Shown: in pieces, positions 40,096 to 50,002 of the stretch
Numbering within the stretch: position 1 is the stretch's first letter
How the letters are laid out: each line of letters begins with the position of its first letter
From: a bacterium
Lineage (GTDB): Bacteria > Desulfobacterota > Binatia > DP-6
Assembly (NCBI GenBank): GCA_026129405.1
Contig: JAHCID010000002.1
Span: forward strand, 652,333 to 716,332
DNA length: 64,000 nt
Direction of reading: 5' to 3'
Made by a program: the position numbers and the translations under genes
The notes under the pieces: generated by a model
Database searches by the model: none
What the model was told of the DNA's origin: nothing
Seen by the model: only the letters and a program-made list of their open reading frames with translations

Positions 40096-41691
40096 ATGCG
40101 CCATTCCTCCCTCCGCCTCCCACTCGCCGCGCTGCTCGTCCTGGCCTCCGTCTCCGTCGGCCGCGCCGCCGCGCCGACGCTCCAGGCCTACGACTTCTTC
40201 CTCCGCTCGGGGCACACGCTGTTCCTCCTGCCGCCGACGAAGCTGAGCGCGCCGTCGGACAGCCTCACGCTGACGCCCGGCGCGCCGACGCTCGCCGCCT
40301 TCCCCACCTTCGCCACCACGCAGACGATCGGCGCGTTGCTCGCGCCGAAGGGCGTGTCCGCGAACGAGCTCACGAACGGCGCCGCGCTGCTCTACCTGCG
40401 CGCGAGCCGCAGCCTTCCGAGCTGCGTGACGCTCGCGCTCACGCTGCGCGGGGCCGAGAGCGGGACGACGGTCGCGAGCACGTTCGTGTCCGGGGTCACG
40501 CTGCGCGACCGCGTGAACACCGTCTCGGTGCCGTTCCAGTTCGCCCCGGGCGCGCCCGCCACGCTGGCGGACGAGCCGATGCAGCTGCTCCTCGAGACCC
40601 GCATCGCGGCGCCCTGCCGTGCCGCCACGATCCGCCTCCTCTACGACGGCAAGGGTCGCCCGAGCCGCGTCGCCATCGCCTCCTGCACGGCGCCGGTGGA
40701 CTCGCCCGACCTGAACGGCAACGGCCTTCCCGACGTCTGCGAGGCGCCGTTCACGCCCGACGGCGACGCCGACGGCGACGGCGTCCCGAACGGCGAGGAC
40801 AACTGCCCGCTCGTCGCGAACCCCGATCAGGCCGACAGCGACGGCAACGGCATCGGCGACGCCTGCGATACGGTGACGCCGCCGCCGGGGCAGGACGACG
40901 ACGACGGCGACGGCGTGCCGAACGAGATCGACAACTGCGTCGACGTCGCGAACCCCGACCAGGCGGACAGCGACGGTGACGGGCTGGGCGACGCCTGCGA
41001 TCCGATCGTCACGCCGCCGGGGCCCGATCCCCGCGATTCGGACGGGGACGGCATCGACGATGCCGACGACAACTGCCCGTTCATGGCCAACGCCGATCAG
41101 AGCGACCTCAACGGCGATGGCATCGGCGACCTCTGCCAGTGCACGCTGCCGGCGCCCGGCCGCTGCATCCCCGGCGGCGGTAACCCGCGCACCGACTGCC
41201 TCGCCGAGTTCAATACGCCGGGGCCGGTGCTGCACCGCCGCGGCGGCAAGGTGCGCCGCGTCCTCCGCTGCATCGACGGCGACCCCGTCTGCGACCGCGA
41301 CGGCACCGCCGACGGCAGCTGCACCTTCGCCGTCTCCCTCTGCTTCGCCAACGACGACCCGCGCCTCGGCGCCTGCCGGGCGGCCGAGCCGCGCCGCATC
41401 GACATCCTCGCGGCGCCCGACGGTCTCGCCGGGGCCCGCCTCCTCGCGCTCGCGAGCGGCGCCGGGCTCGAGGCGCGGCTGAAGGGCCAGCAGATCGTGA
41501 CCCCGTCGGCCACCGCCGGCACCACCATCGGCGTGCGCAACACCTGCACCGAGCCCGCCCTTGTCCAGGTGCCCGCGCCGACGGGCCGCGCCCGCCGCGT
41601 GCGGCGCTGGATCCGCACGGACACGAGCGACGCCCGGGGGCGTCACGACCGGGATCGCCTGCGCCTCGAGTGCGTGGGCCGCGTCCGCTGA
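40096..41691 (+). CDS. secreted thrombospondin type-3 repeat (Ca-binding) protein
   Basis: Signal peptide MRHSSLRLPLAALLVLASVSVGRAAA and multiple DxDxDGxxDxxDNCPxxANxDQxDxDGDG repeats; Cys-rich C-terminal domain. Confidence 0.8.
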   Translation: MRHSSLRLPLAALLVLASVSVGRAAAPTLQAYDFFLRSGHTLFLLPPTKLSAPSDSLTLTPGAPTLAAFPTFATTQTIGALLAPKGVSANELTNGAALLYLRASRSLPSCVTLALTLRGAESGTTVASTFVSGVTLRDRVNTVSVPFQFAPGAPATLADEPMQLLLETRIAAPCRAATIRLLYDGKGRPSRVAIASCTAPVDSPDLNGNGLPDVCEAPFTPDGDADGDGVPNGEDNCPLVANPDQADSDGNGIGDACDTVTPPPGQDDDDGDGVPNEIDNCVDVANPDQADSDGDGLGDACDPIVTPPGPDPRDSDGDGIDDADDNCPFMANADQSDLNGDGIGDLCQCTLPAPGRCIPGGGNPRTDCLAEFNTPGPVLHRRGGKVRRVLRCIDGDPVCDRDGTADGSCTFAVSLCFANDDPRLGACRAAEPRRIDILAAPDGLAGARLLALASGAGLEARLKGQQIVTPSATAGTTIGVRNTCTEPALVQVPAPTGRARRVRRWIRTDTSDARGRHDRDRLRLECVGRVR

Positions 41692-41803
41692 GCTCGACGG
41701 TGGTCCGGCGGTCCCCGCGCCTCGGGGGCCGCCGGATCACCGTGTCCGCGACGCCGCGGTGTCGCGGTTGCCGGCGGCGCGCGGCCGGTGCTACGGCCGC
41801 CCC

Positions 41804-42748
41804 ATGGAGCTCCGCCGGATCGCCCGCGACGTCCACGTCTGCCTCCAGGAGGACAAGGGGCTCGGCTACAGCAACTCCGGGCTCGTCGCGCGCGGCGGCG
41901 GTCTCGTCGTCGACACCTTCTGGGACCTGCCGCACACGCGCCGCCTGATCGCCGAGTACGCGCGGGTGCACCCGGAGCCGGTCGCCCGCGTCGTCAACAC
42001 GCATCACAACGGCGACCACTGCTGGGGCAACCAGCTCTTCCCGCAGGCCGAGATCATCGGCCACCGCCTCTGCGCCGCCGCCTTCGGCAAGGAGACGCCG
42101 GCGGGCATGCAGGCGCTGCGCGGCGGCGCCGGCAGCGGCAACCCGATCCTCGAGGCGCTGGCGCAGCGGCTCGCCGAGTGGGACTTCACCGGCGTCGTAC
42201 CGACGCCGCCGACGCGCCTCCTCGACGACCGCCTCGAGCTCGACCTCGACGGGCTGCCGGTGCACCTCGTCTACGTCGGCCCGGCGCACACCATCGGCGA
42301 CGTCATCGTCCACCTGCCGAGCGAGCGCGTCGTCTTCACCGGCGACGTGCTCTTCCGCCTGTGCACGCCGATCGGCTGGGAGGGGACGTTCGCGCACTGG
42401 ACCGCGGCGCTGGACCGCATCGTCGCGCTGCAGCCCGAGGTCGTGGTGCCCGGGCACGGACCGCTCTGCGGCGTCGAAGGCCCGCGCGAGATGCGCGACT
42501 ACCTCGCCTACGTGCGCGCCGAGGCGCGCCGCCACTTCGACGCCGGCCGCGACGTGCTCGACGCCTGCCGGCGCATCGAGCTGGGCCCGTACGCCGGGTG
42601 GACCGAGCCGGAGCGCATCGTCTTCAACGTCGCCCGCGCGTACCGCGAGTTCCGCGGCGAGCCGCTCGACGCGCCGGTCGACGTGCCGGCGATGTTCGCG
42701 GGAATGTATGCGCTGGCGACCGAGCGCGCCGCCGGCACGCGGGCTTGA
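41804..42748 (+). CDS. MBL-fold metallo-hydrolase
   Basis: Metal-binding motif THHNGDH (HxHxDH), further His/Asp ligands downstream; 314 aa. Confidence 0.8.
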   Translation: MELRRIARDVHVCLQEDKGLGYSNSGLVARGGGLVVDTFWDLPHTRRLIAEYARVHPEPVARVVNTHHNGDHCWGNQLFPQAEIIGHRLCAAAFGKETPAGMQALRGGAGSGNPILEALAQRLAEWDFTGVVPTPPTRLLDDRLELDLDGLPVHLVYVGPAHTIGDVIVHLPSERVVFTGDVLFRLCTPIGWEGTFAHWTAALDRIVALQPEVVVPGHGPLCGVEGPREMRDYLAYVRAEARRHFDAGRDVLDACRRIELGPYAGWTEPERIVFNVARAYREFRGEPLDAPVDVPAMFAGMYALATERAAGTRA

Positions 42749-42847
42749 GACGGCGCCCGTGCCTGCGGTGATCGCCCTCCTGCTGCCCGCGACGCACGCC
42801 GGCGCGATCGGCGCGCGCATCCGCGGGTTCCCCGGGAGCGCCGTGCG

Positions 42848-43936
42848 GTGAGCGGGCTGTGCGAGCGGATCGGCATCGGGCTGCCGATCGTGCAGGCGCC
42901 GATGGCCGGCGTGTCGACGCCGGCCATGGCGGCGGCGGTGAGCAACGCCGGCGCCCTCGGATCGATCGCCGTCGGCGCCGTCGACGTGGAGCGTGCGCGC
43001 GCGGCGATCGCCGCCGCCCGCGCCGCGACGGCGCGGCCGTTCGGGGTGAACGTCTTCTGCCATCGGCCCGCCGTCGCCGACGCCGCGCGCGAGGCGGCGT
43101 GGAGCGCGTACCTGCGGCCGCACTTCGCCGCCGTGGGCGCCGAGCCGCCGGCGACGCTGCGCGAGATCTACCGCAGCTACCTCGTCGACGACGCCATGCA
43201 GGCGCTGCTGCTGGCCGAGCGCCCGGCGGTCGTGAGCTTCCACTTCGGCGTGCCGCCGCCTGCGCACGTCGGGGCGCTGCGGGCCGCCGGCATCCTGACG
43301 CTGGCCTCGGCGACGAACCTGGGCGAGGCGCAGACCGCGGTCGACGCCGGCGTCGACGCGGTGATCGCGCAGGGCTTCGAGGCGGGCGGGCACCGCGGCG
43401 TGTTCGATCCGTCGGCGCCCGACGCGTGCCTCGGCACGCTCGCGCTGACGCGGCTCTGCGTCGCCGCCCTGCCGGTGCCGGTGATCGCCGCGGGCGGCAT
43501 CATGGACGGGGCGGGCATCGCCGCGGCGCTCGCCGCCGGTGCGGCCGCCGCGCAGCTCGGCACGGCGTTCGTCGCCTGTCCCGAGTCGGAGGCCGACGCG
43601 GGCTTCCGGGCGACGCTGGCGAGCCCGGCGGCGCACCGCACGACGATGACGAGGGCCGTGTCGGGCCGTCCGGCGCGCTGCCTCGCGAACCGCTTCACCG
43701 CGCTCGGCGAGGCGACGCCGGCGGCCGCCGTGCCCGACTACCCGATCGCCTACGACGCGGCGAAGGCGCTCCACGCCGCCGCGAAGGCGCGCGGCGAGTG
43801 GGGCTGGGGCGCGCAATGGGCGGGGCAGGGCGCGCCGCTGGCGCGCGTGCTGCCGGCGGCGGCGCTGGTCGCACGCCTCGCGGCGGAGGTGGACGCCGCC
43901 GCCGGCGCGCTTTCTCCGGTACGGCGACGCGAGTAG
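42848..43936 (+). CDS. nitronate monooxygenase (NMO / 2-nitropropane dioxygenase family, FMN TIM barrel)
   Basis: PIVQAPMAGVSTPAMAAAVSNAGALG… and GFEAGGHRG motifs; GTG start. Confidence 0.85.
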   Translation: MSGLCERIGIGLPIVQAPMAGVSTPAMAAAVSNAGALGSIAVGAVDVERARAAIAAARAATARPFGVNVFCHRPAVADAAREAAWSAYLRPHFAAVGAEPPATLREIYRSYLVDDAMQALLLAERPAVVSFHFGVPPPAHVGALRAAGILTLASATNLGEAQTAVDAGVDAVIAQGFEAGGHRGVFDPSAPDACLGTLALTRLCVAALPVPVIAAGGIMDGAGIAAALAAGAAAAQLGTAFVACPESEADAGFRATLASPAAHRTTMTRAVSGRPARCLANRFTALGEATPAAAVPDYPIAYDAAKALHAAAKARGEWGWGAQWAGQGAPLARVLPAAALVARLAAEVDAAAGALSPVRRRE

Positions 43937-43945
43937 GACGAACCC

Positions 43946-44395
43946 GTGGCCGCCATCCTCGATCATTGCCGGGATCTGCCGGAGCGCCGGCTCGCGGCCG
44001 GGGAGACGTTCATCCACGAAGGCAAGCGCTCGGGCCTGGTGTGGGTCCTCGTCGAGGGGACGGTGGACGTGCTGAAGGGCAACGTGCGGGTCGGCACGAT
44101 CACCGAGCAGGGGGCGGTGTTCGGCGAGGTCGCCGTGCTGCTCGACGTGGCGCACACGGCGTCGGTGCGCACGCGGACGCCGGCGCGCTTCCGCGTCGTC
44201 GAGGACACGTCCGTGTTCCTGCGTGTGCCCGACGTCACGCTGGAGGTGTCGCGCCTGCTCGCGAAGCGCCTCCAGATGGTGACGAGCTACCTCGCCGACC
44301 TGAAGGGCCAGTTCGGCGGCCAGGACGACCACCTCGGCATGGTCGACGAGGTGCTGGACAGCCTGCTCCACCACCAGCGCGACGCGGACGACTAG
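43946..44395 (+). CDS. cyclic nucleotide-binding domain protein (stand-alone cNMP-binding, no HTH)
   Basis: β-roll with GEVAVLLD…ASVRTRTPA (the phosphate-binding cassette region); 149 aa. Confidence 0.65.
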   Translation: MAAILDHCRDLPERRLAAGETFIHEGKRSGLVWVLVEGTVDVLKGNVRVGTITEQGAVFGEVAVLLDVAHTASVRTRTPARFRVVEDTSVFLRVPDVTLEVSRLLAKRLQMVTSYLADLKGQFGGQDDHLGMVDEVLDSLLHHQRDADD

Positions 44396-45147
44396 AGGAT
44401 CAGCTCGGGCTGCGGCGCGACGACCGCGTCGTCGAGCCCGACCTGCTGCTCGCCCGCGAGCGACGACCACGCGGCGGTGCGCGCCGCGGTGTCGATGACG
44501 ACGTGGGTCGGCACCGGGCCGATCTGCCGGCCGGCGTTGAACACCCAGGTGTCGCCGATCTTGTCGACCCAGGAGCCGCCCTTGCGGAACGGCGACTGGT
44601 GGATGTGGCCGCAGAGCACGAGATCGGGGCGGTACTGCGCGATCCAGCCGTTCAGGTACTCGTCGCCGACGAACCGCTTGCCGATCCAGCTGGTGCGCGT
44701 CTGGTCGGGGGGCGCGTGGTAGACCCAGATCCACGGGCGGTGCGGCCGCGTCGCCGCCTCGGCGAGCAGCGTGCCCACCGCGGCGCGCCCGACCGGTCCG
44801 TCCCAGTACGTGCAGATCGTGAACAGCGTGCCGTCGACGTCGCACAGGTCGCCGTCGATGGGGATGCCCGCGGCGCGCGCCTTGCGCAGCCAGCGCGCCG
44901 TCTTCTCGCCGTGCTCGTCGTCGCGCGTGAGGTCGTGGTTGCCCGAGCTGACGAGGAGCCGCGTCTTGCCGTGCAGGCGCTCGAGGTACTTGAGGATGAC
45001 CAGCGCCTGCGCGTCGCCGTCGACCACCGCCGCGATGTCGAGGTGGTCGCCGGCGATGACCACCACGTCGAAGTCGGCCGCCACGGACTGCACCCAGTCG
45101 TACTGCTTCAGGGTGTAGTGGAGATCGGAGACCAGCAGGATGCGCAC
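44392..45147 (-). CDS. metallophosphoesterase (calcineurin-like)
   Basis: VRILLVSDLHY (GDxHG-type motif I), VVIAGDHLD, SGNHD, GHIH motifs; GTG start 45147-45145. Confidence 0.8.
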   Translation of the reverse strand: MRILLVSDLHYTLKQYDWVQSVAADFDVVVIAGDHLDIAAVVDGDAQALVILKYLERLHGKTRLLVSSGNHDLTRDDEHGEKTARWLRKARAAGIPIDGDLCDVDGTLFTICTYWDGPVGRAAVGTLLAEAATRPHRPWIWVYHAPPDQTRTSWIGKRFVGDEYLNGWIAQYRPDLVLCGHIHQSPFRKGGSWVDKIGDTWVFNAGRQIGPVPTHVVIDTAARTAAWSSLAGEQQVGLDDAVVAPQPELIL

Positions 45148-45188
45148 GGCGCCGGCGAGTCTAGCCGCGCCGGGTTCCCGGCGCGACG

Positions 45189-46436
45189 TCAGCCCCCGGT
45201 GGGGGTGCAGGCGGTCTCGAGCGCGGCGTCGGCGAAGAAGTCCCAGGTGCGGCAGCGGCCGGTGGCGAGGTCGAGCGTCACGAGCAGCTCGTGCGCGTCG
45301 CCCGGGTGCTCGGCGGTGCGGTCCGGGCCGAGCAGGACGAGCACGTCGTCGCCGGGGATCAGGTCCGCGATCCGGCGCAGCGGCAGCGCCGCCGTCCACC
45401 GCGGCCTGCCGCGCGTGTCGACGCGCGACAGGAGGTACTGGCCGCCGTCCCCGAGACGGTCGGTGTGCAGGACGAGGAAGCCGTCGGGCGCCTTCGGGCG
45501 CAGGACGCGCAGGTAGCCGCCGTCGCGGAGGAGGCCGCCCTGGAGGAACTCGGCCGATTCGTCGGCCGGCGCGAGGTCGCGGGACGACCAGGTCACCCCG
45601 GTGATGCCGTTGCGCGCGCTCGCATCGGCGTACCAGAGCCGGCGGCGCCGGGGCGGGTCGTTGGACGGACGCAGCGGCTGCGAGAGCTGCCCCTCGAAGC
45701 GCGACTTCTCCTCCGGCGCGAGGAGGCCGACCCATTGCGTCTCCAGGAGGTCGCCCTGGAGCGTGTAGTCGTGCGGCGCGTGGCCGATCGCCGGCCCGGC
45801 GCTCCACTGCTGGAGGCCACGGAGGTAGTCGCCGGCGATCGTGTGGGGCGCGGCCTTCGTCGCCGGCGTGACGGCGAGCGGCCGTGCGTCGACGCGCCAG
45901 AGGCGGCCGTCGGCGGCGGTGACGAGGAGCTTGCGCGTCTTACGCTCGACCTCGAACCAGCGGCCCTCGCGAGGGAGGACGTCGCGCAGCGCCGGGTTCG
46001 TCGCTTCGAGCGCCGCCGCGTCGACGACGGTCTCGCCGCTGGCCGCGTCGACGCCGAGGATGCCGGCCGCGAAGAGCCAGACGCGGTCGCCGTCGGCGGC
46101 GAGGATGCGGCTCTGCTCCTGCACGTCGTGCGCGTCGATGCGCTCCAGCGTGCGTGTCCAGCGCGCCGCGCCGCTGCGCGCGTCGTGCGCGACCAGGATC
46201 GGCTCGTACCAGGTGACGGACGCGATCCTGGGAATGGAGCGGAGGCCGCCCCGGATCACGATCTCGTCGACCTCGCGCTGGAGCAGCGTCACCACGACGG
46301 GCGTGCCGTCGGCCGTCCGCGCGACCACGCTGCCGCGCCGCTCGGTGTCGCGGATCGTCCGGCGCGGCAGGAGCATCACCGCGGCGCAGAACGCGACGAA
46401 GGCGACCCCGACGACGAAGAGCCCCCGGTTCGACAT
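45189..46436 (-). CDS. membrane-anchored hypothetical protein (N-terminal TM, possible PQQ-like β-propeller ectodomain)
   Basis: Start MSNRGLFVVGVAFVAFCAAVMLL (ATG 46436-46434); repeated …DG.LWRVDA… strands. Confidence 0.5.
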   Translation of the reverse strand: MSNRGLFVVGVAFVAFCAAVMLLPRRTIRDTERRGSVVARTADGTPVVVTLLQREVDEIVIRGGLRSIPRIASVTWYEPILVAHDARSGAARWTRTLERIDAHDVQEQSRILAADGDRVWLFAAGILGVDAASGETVVDAAALEATNPALRDVLPREGRWFEVERKTRKLLVTAADGRLWRVDARPLAVTPATKAAPHTIAGDYLRGLQQWSAGPAIGHAPHDYTLQGDLLETQWVGLLAPEEKSRFEGQLSQPLRPSNDPPRRRRLWYADASARNGITGVTWSSRDLAPADESAEFLQGGLLRDGGYLRVLRPKAPDGFLVLHTDRLGDGGQYLLSRVDTRGRPRWTAALPLRRIADLIPGDDVLVLLGPDRTAEHPGDAHELLVTLDLATGRCRTWDFFADAALETACTPTGG

Positions 46437-46465
46437 GGCTCGGAACGAGACCGGCGCAGGCCCCG

Positions 46466-46681
46466 TCACTGATCGGGGTCCGACTCCGGCTCCATGACCT
46501 CCTCGTTCTCCAGTACGCCCTCGGCGGGCGGCGGGAGCTGGCTCGGTCGGGTGGGCGTGTCGGGATCGATCTCGCGGATCTCGGCCGGACTGGGCGCCTG
46601 CCACTGGCAGCCGTTCGTCAGCGCGAAGAGCAGCAGACCCAGGGCGAGGATCGCAGCATGCATGCCGCGGATATCCGACAT
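46466..46681 (-). CDS. small acidic lipoprotein (71 aa)
   Basis: MSDIRGMHAAILALGLLLFALTNGC… signal peptide with Cys, then a Pro/Glu/Asp-rich tail. Weak RBS, and the opposite-strand ORF 46494..46730 is an alternative. Confidence 0.35.
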   Translation of the reverse strand: MSDIRGMHAAILALGLLLFALTNGCQWQAPSPAEIREIDPDTPTRPSQLPPPAEGVLENEEVMEPESDPDQ

Positions 46682-46759
46682 CACCGGGCGGAGGTCCAGC
46701 AGGCTGGACCACGCAGAGTCCGTCTGGTGACCCCGAGTCGGCCATGGTAGCCGACACGC

Positions 46760-47545
46760 GTGCTGGCCCGTCGTCGTCTGGCCCTCGTCGTCCCGCTCGC
46801 GGCCGCCTGGCTCGTGGTCGCCTCGCCCGCCGTACCGGCCGCCGATTCCGCTGGGAGCACCAGCATCCACAACGGCGTGCCGACGGCCGCGTATCCCGCG
46901 GTCGGCGCGGTGATGGTGTCGTTCGAGGGCGACGTCGTCGGCCTCTGCTCGGGGACGCTGGTGGCGTCCGACGTCGTCCTCACGGCGGCACACTGCCTGG
47001 AAGGCGAGGTGCTCGACGCCGGGATCTACCTTTCGCCGAACGGCGTCCAGGAGAGCTTCCATCCGGGCATCGGGGCCGTCGTCCACGCCGAGTATCGGGC
47101 GGGCGTCGCGGCGTGGGCCGACATCGCGCTGCTGTTTCTCGCCGAGCCCGTGACCGACGTGACGCCGCTGCCCTGGGCGACCGCCGTGCCGCGCCCGCGC
47201 ACCCACGCCACGATCGTCGGCTTCGGCGCCGACGGGGCCGGCGGCGCTGCGGGCACGAAGCGCGAGGGCGAGGTGCGCGTGAAGCGGTGTCCGAAGGTCT
47301 TTCGCCGGGCCGGCCTCGCCAAGGGGCAGCTTCGCACCTCGATCTGCTGGAAGCCGAAGCGCAGGACGAGCGACACCTGCCGCGGCGACTCGGGCGGCCC
47401 GCTGATCGTGGGCGGGGCCGTCGCCGGCCTCACCTCGGGCGGCTTCCCGGACTGCCCGGGGAAGCTCAGCTGGGACACCAACGTGGCGCTCTTCGCGTCC
47501 TGGATCCAGGCCGCGATCGACACCGTCTCGCGTGGCGATCAGTAG
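46760..47545 (+). CDS. secreted trypsin-like serine protease (S1 family)
   Basis: Signal peptide, catalytic triad motifs TAAHC, DIALL and GDSGGPL. Confidence 0.85.
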   Translation: MLARRRLALVVPLAAAWLVVASPAVPAADSAGSTSIHNGVPTAAYPAVGAVMVSFEGDVVGLCSGTLVASDVVLTAAHCLEGEVLDAGIYLSPNGVQESFHPGIGAVVHAEYRAGVAAWADIALLFLAEPVTDVTPLPWATAVPRPRTHATIVGFGADGAGGAAGTKREGEVRVKRCPKVFRRAGLAKGQLRTSICWKPKRRTSDTCRGDSGGPLIVGGAVAGLTSGGFPDCPGKLSWDTNVALFASWIQAAIDTVSRGDQ

Positions 47546-50002
47546 TCCGCGGTGGGCAGCGCGCCGTCGAGCCAGGACTCCACCGACGCCGCCCCGAACG
47601 GGCGCGTCCACGGCGCGCGTCCGAGCCCGTCGAGCGTCGCGCCGAGGGTGGCGGCGTCGGCGCCGGGGGCGACCGCGATCGGCGCCGGCAGGCCGAACGC
47701 GTCGTACAGGGCCTGCGCCTTGCGGACGTAGTACTCGGTGCCGGCGACGAGCGCCGCGGGGACGCCGCCCTCGAGCGCGAACAGCGCGGTGTGGAAGCTG
47801 CACGTGACCACGGCCGTGCACGCCTTGATGGTCGCGGCGGCGGCGACGGCGTCGTCGTCGACGGCGGCGAGCGCCCAACGGGCGCGGCGGTGCGGCACCG
47901 CGTCGCGCAGGGCGAGCTGGAGCTCGGCTTCCGTCTGCGGCGCCTGCGCGTTCATCGGGATGCCCACCACCGTCGCGCCGCGCGCCGCGGCGAGGCCGTC
48001 GACGGCGGCCGCCAGCCGCGTGAGCACGTCGCCGCCGCAGCCGACGTAGTCGGCGACGCGGGCCTGGAAGCCGACGAGGGGGCGGTCGCCGGCGAGTCTC
48101 GCCGGCGCGCAGGCGCGCGCGCGCCGGCGACGTCGACCTGCAGCCCGAGCGCGTCGTCGCCCGCGACCGTGACGTGGTCGCCGCCGAGCCCGTGCGCGGC
48201 GAGCAGCGCCGCGGAGCCCGGATCACGCACGCCGAAGGCGGCGGCGCTCGCGGTCACGACCGCGAGCAGGGGCAGCATCTCCTCCGAGAGCGGGCCCAGC
48301 CCCTGGCCGCTGACGACGACCGGCACGCCGCTGCCGCGTGCGGCGGCGGCGATCGCCGCCCGCCAGGCGACGAGATAGAGCCACGGCGCGGCGAGGTTGC
48401 CGCCGCCGGCGAGCAGCACGGCGTCGAACCCGCGCAGGTCGGCGAGCGCCGGGTCGATCGGGCGACCCACGGCGCCGGTGCGGGCGATCAGCGTCGCCGC
48501 GACGTCGGCGGGTGCGCCGGCGCGGATCGCCTCCGGGTCGAGCCCGTAGCACAGCTCCGCCGTCGTGCCCGCCCACACGCCGAGCCGCCCGAGGGCCGGT
48601 ACGGCGTCGCCGTCGGTGACCACCACCGGGACGCAGCCGGGGCGCAGGCGCGCGAGGCGCTCCAGCGTCGCACGCAGGATGGCGTCGTCGCCGTGGTTGC
48701 GCACGCCGCCCGACGCCACCACGAGGAGCCGCGGGCGCCGCACGGTGACCGCGGCGGGCGCCGGCGGCGCGGGCGCCGGCGCGCCGTTCCAGCCCGGCGC
48801 CGCCGACAGCCAGCCGAGCGCGGGATGATGGACGGCGGCGCTGAGCGCGGCATCGGGCAGCGGGCCGTCGATGCCGTACAGGCGCTGGAGGCGCCGGTGC
48901 CGCCGCGTGCCCGGCGCGTCGGCGATCATCGAGAGCGGCGACGCCCGGTAGTGCCCGACCACCGTCGGCACGAACGCGATCGGGCGTCGCAGGGCCACGA
49001 GGCGCAGCGCCAGCTCCCAGTCCTGCAGCCCGTGCGCCTCCGCGTCGAGCCCGCCGAGCGCGAGGAGGGCGTCGACGTCGACGATCGACATGGTGTCGAT
49101 CCAGTTCGCCCACAGGAGCGCGGGCGCCGCCGGCTCGCCGCCGTAGACCGTGCGCGGACGGCCGTGCTCGTCGGCGACGGTGCTCGGCCCGTAGGTCAGC
49201 ACGGCGCCCGTCGCCACCGCCGACGCGTACAGCGTCGCCACGCCGTCGGGCTCGAGGGTGTTGTCGGCGTCGAGCAGGAGCGCGTGACGGAAGCGGGCCT
49301 GCGCGAGCTGGACGTTGCGGGCGCGTGCCAGCCCGAGGTTGACGTCGCTCTCGAGCACGCGGACGCGCGCGTCCTCCGCGGCGAGCGCGCGGGCGCGCGC
49401 GCGGCTCGCGTCGCGCGAGGCGTCGTCGGAGATCACGATCTCGCCCGGAACGGGGAGACGGTCGAGCGCGGCCCGGGCGCTCGCGACCGCGGCGGGCAGC
49501 AGGGGCGCGTGCTGCCAGCACGGCACCAGGACGCTGACGCCGGGGACGCGGGCCTCGACGGGCGGGAGCGTCGCCAGCAGCGCCGCTTCGGCCGCCCGCC
49601 GGGCGGGCGCGCGGATCTCGCCCTCGAGGACGAGCGCCTGCTCGCGCGCTTCGTCGCGCAGGGCGGCGGCGGTGGCATCCAGCTCGGCGCCGAGCTGGAT
49701 GCGCGCCTGCGCCAGCTCCGTCCGCAGGGCGCCGAGCGCCTGCGCCAGCGCCGTGGTGCCCGCGGCGACCTCCGCCAGCTGCGCCGCCGACGCCTTCTCG
49801 AAGTTCGCGAGATCGATGCCGTGGATCGTGCGCGCGACGCCCGCGCCGACGTCGCGCACCTCCTGCTCGACCCGGTCGATGCGCGTGCGCAGCGTGGTCA
49901 TCTGCTCGGCGATGCCGTGCAGCGTGCGCACCTGGTCGCCGATGCGTGCGGGGAGGTTGCGGCCGCGGCGGAAGAGGTACAGCCAGTCGGCGAGGCGGCT
50001 CA
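47539..50002 (-). pseudogene. fused coiled-coil / GT2 glycosyltransferase / polysaccharide pyruvyl transferase gene with a frameshift near 48100-48135
   Basis: Frame A (ORF 47952..50483) from ATG 50002: coiled coil, GT2 (VSVLVPCWQ…EIVISDDASRD…LLLDADN) and the pyruvyl-transferase N-terminal half (LLVVASGGVRNHGDDAIL…VVVSGQGLGP…VTVAGDDALGL). The domain continues in frame B (…PLVGFQARVADYVGCGGDVLTRL…IKACTAVVTCSFHTALFALEGGVP…, stop 47539). The switch lies in or next to a (GC)6 run at 48109-48122. Confidence 0.6.

Noticed and set aside
37092-41646. ORFs 37092..39128 (-), 38504..39964 (+), 39065..40123 (-), 39358..41691 (+, N-terminal part) and 39799..41646 (-)
   Set aside because: Out of frame or antisense to eutB, eutC and the TSP3 protein. 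The eutC start was placed at ATG 39272 and the TSP3 start at ATG 40096.
41210-44845. 1211-aa minus-strand ORF, plus 42859..45516 (+)
   Set aside because: Antisense or out of frame across MBL, NMO and cNMP genes; no motifs, extreme Arg content.
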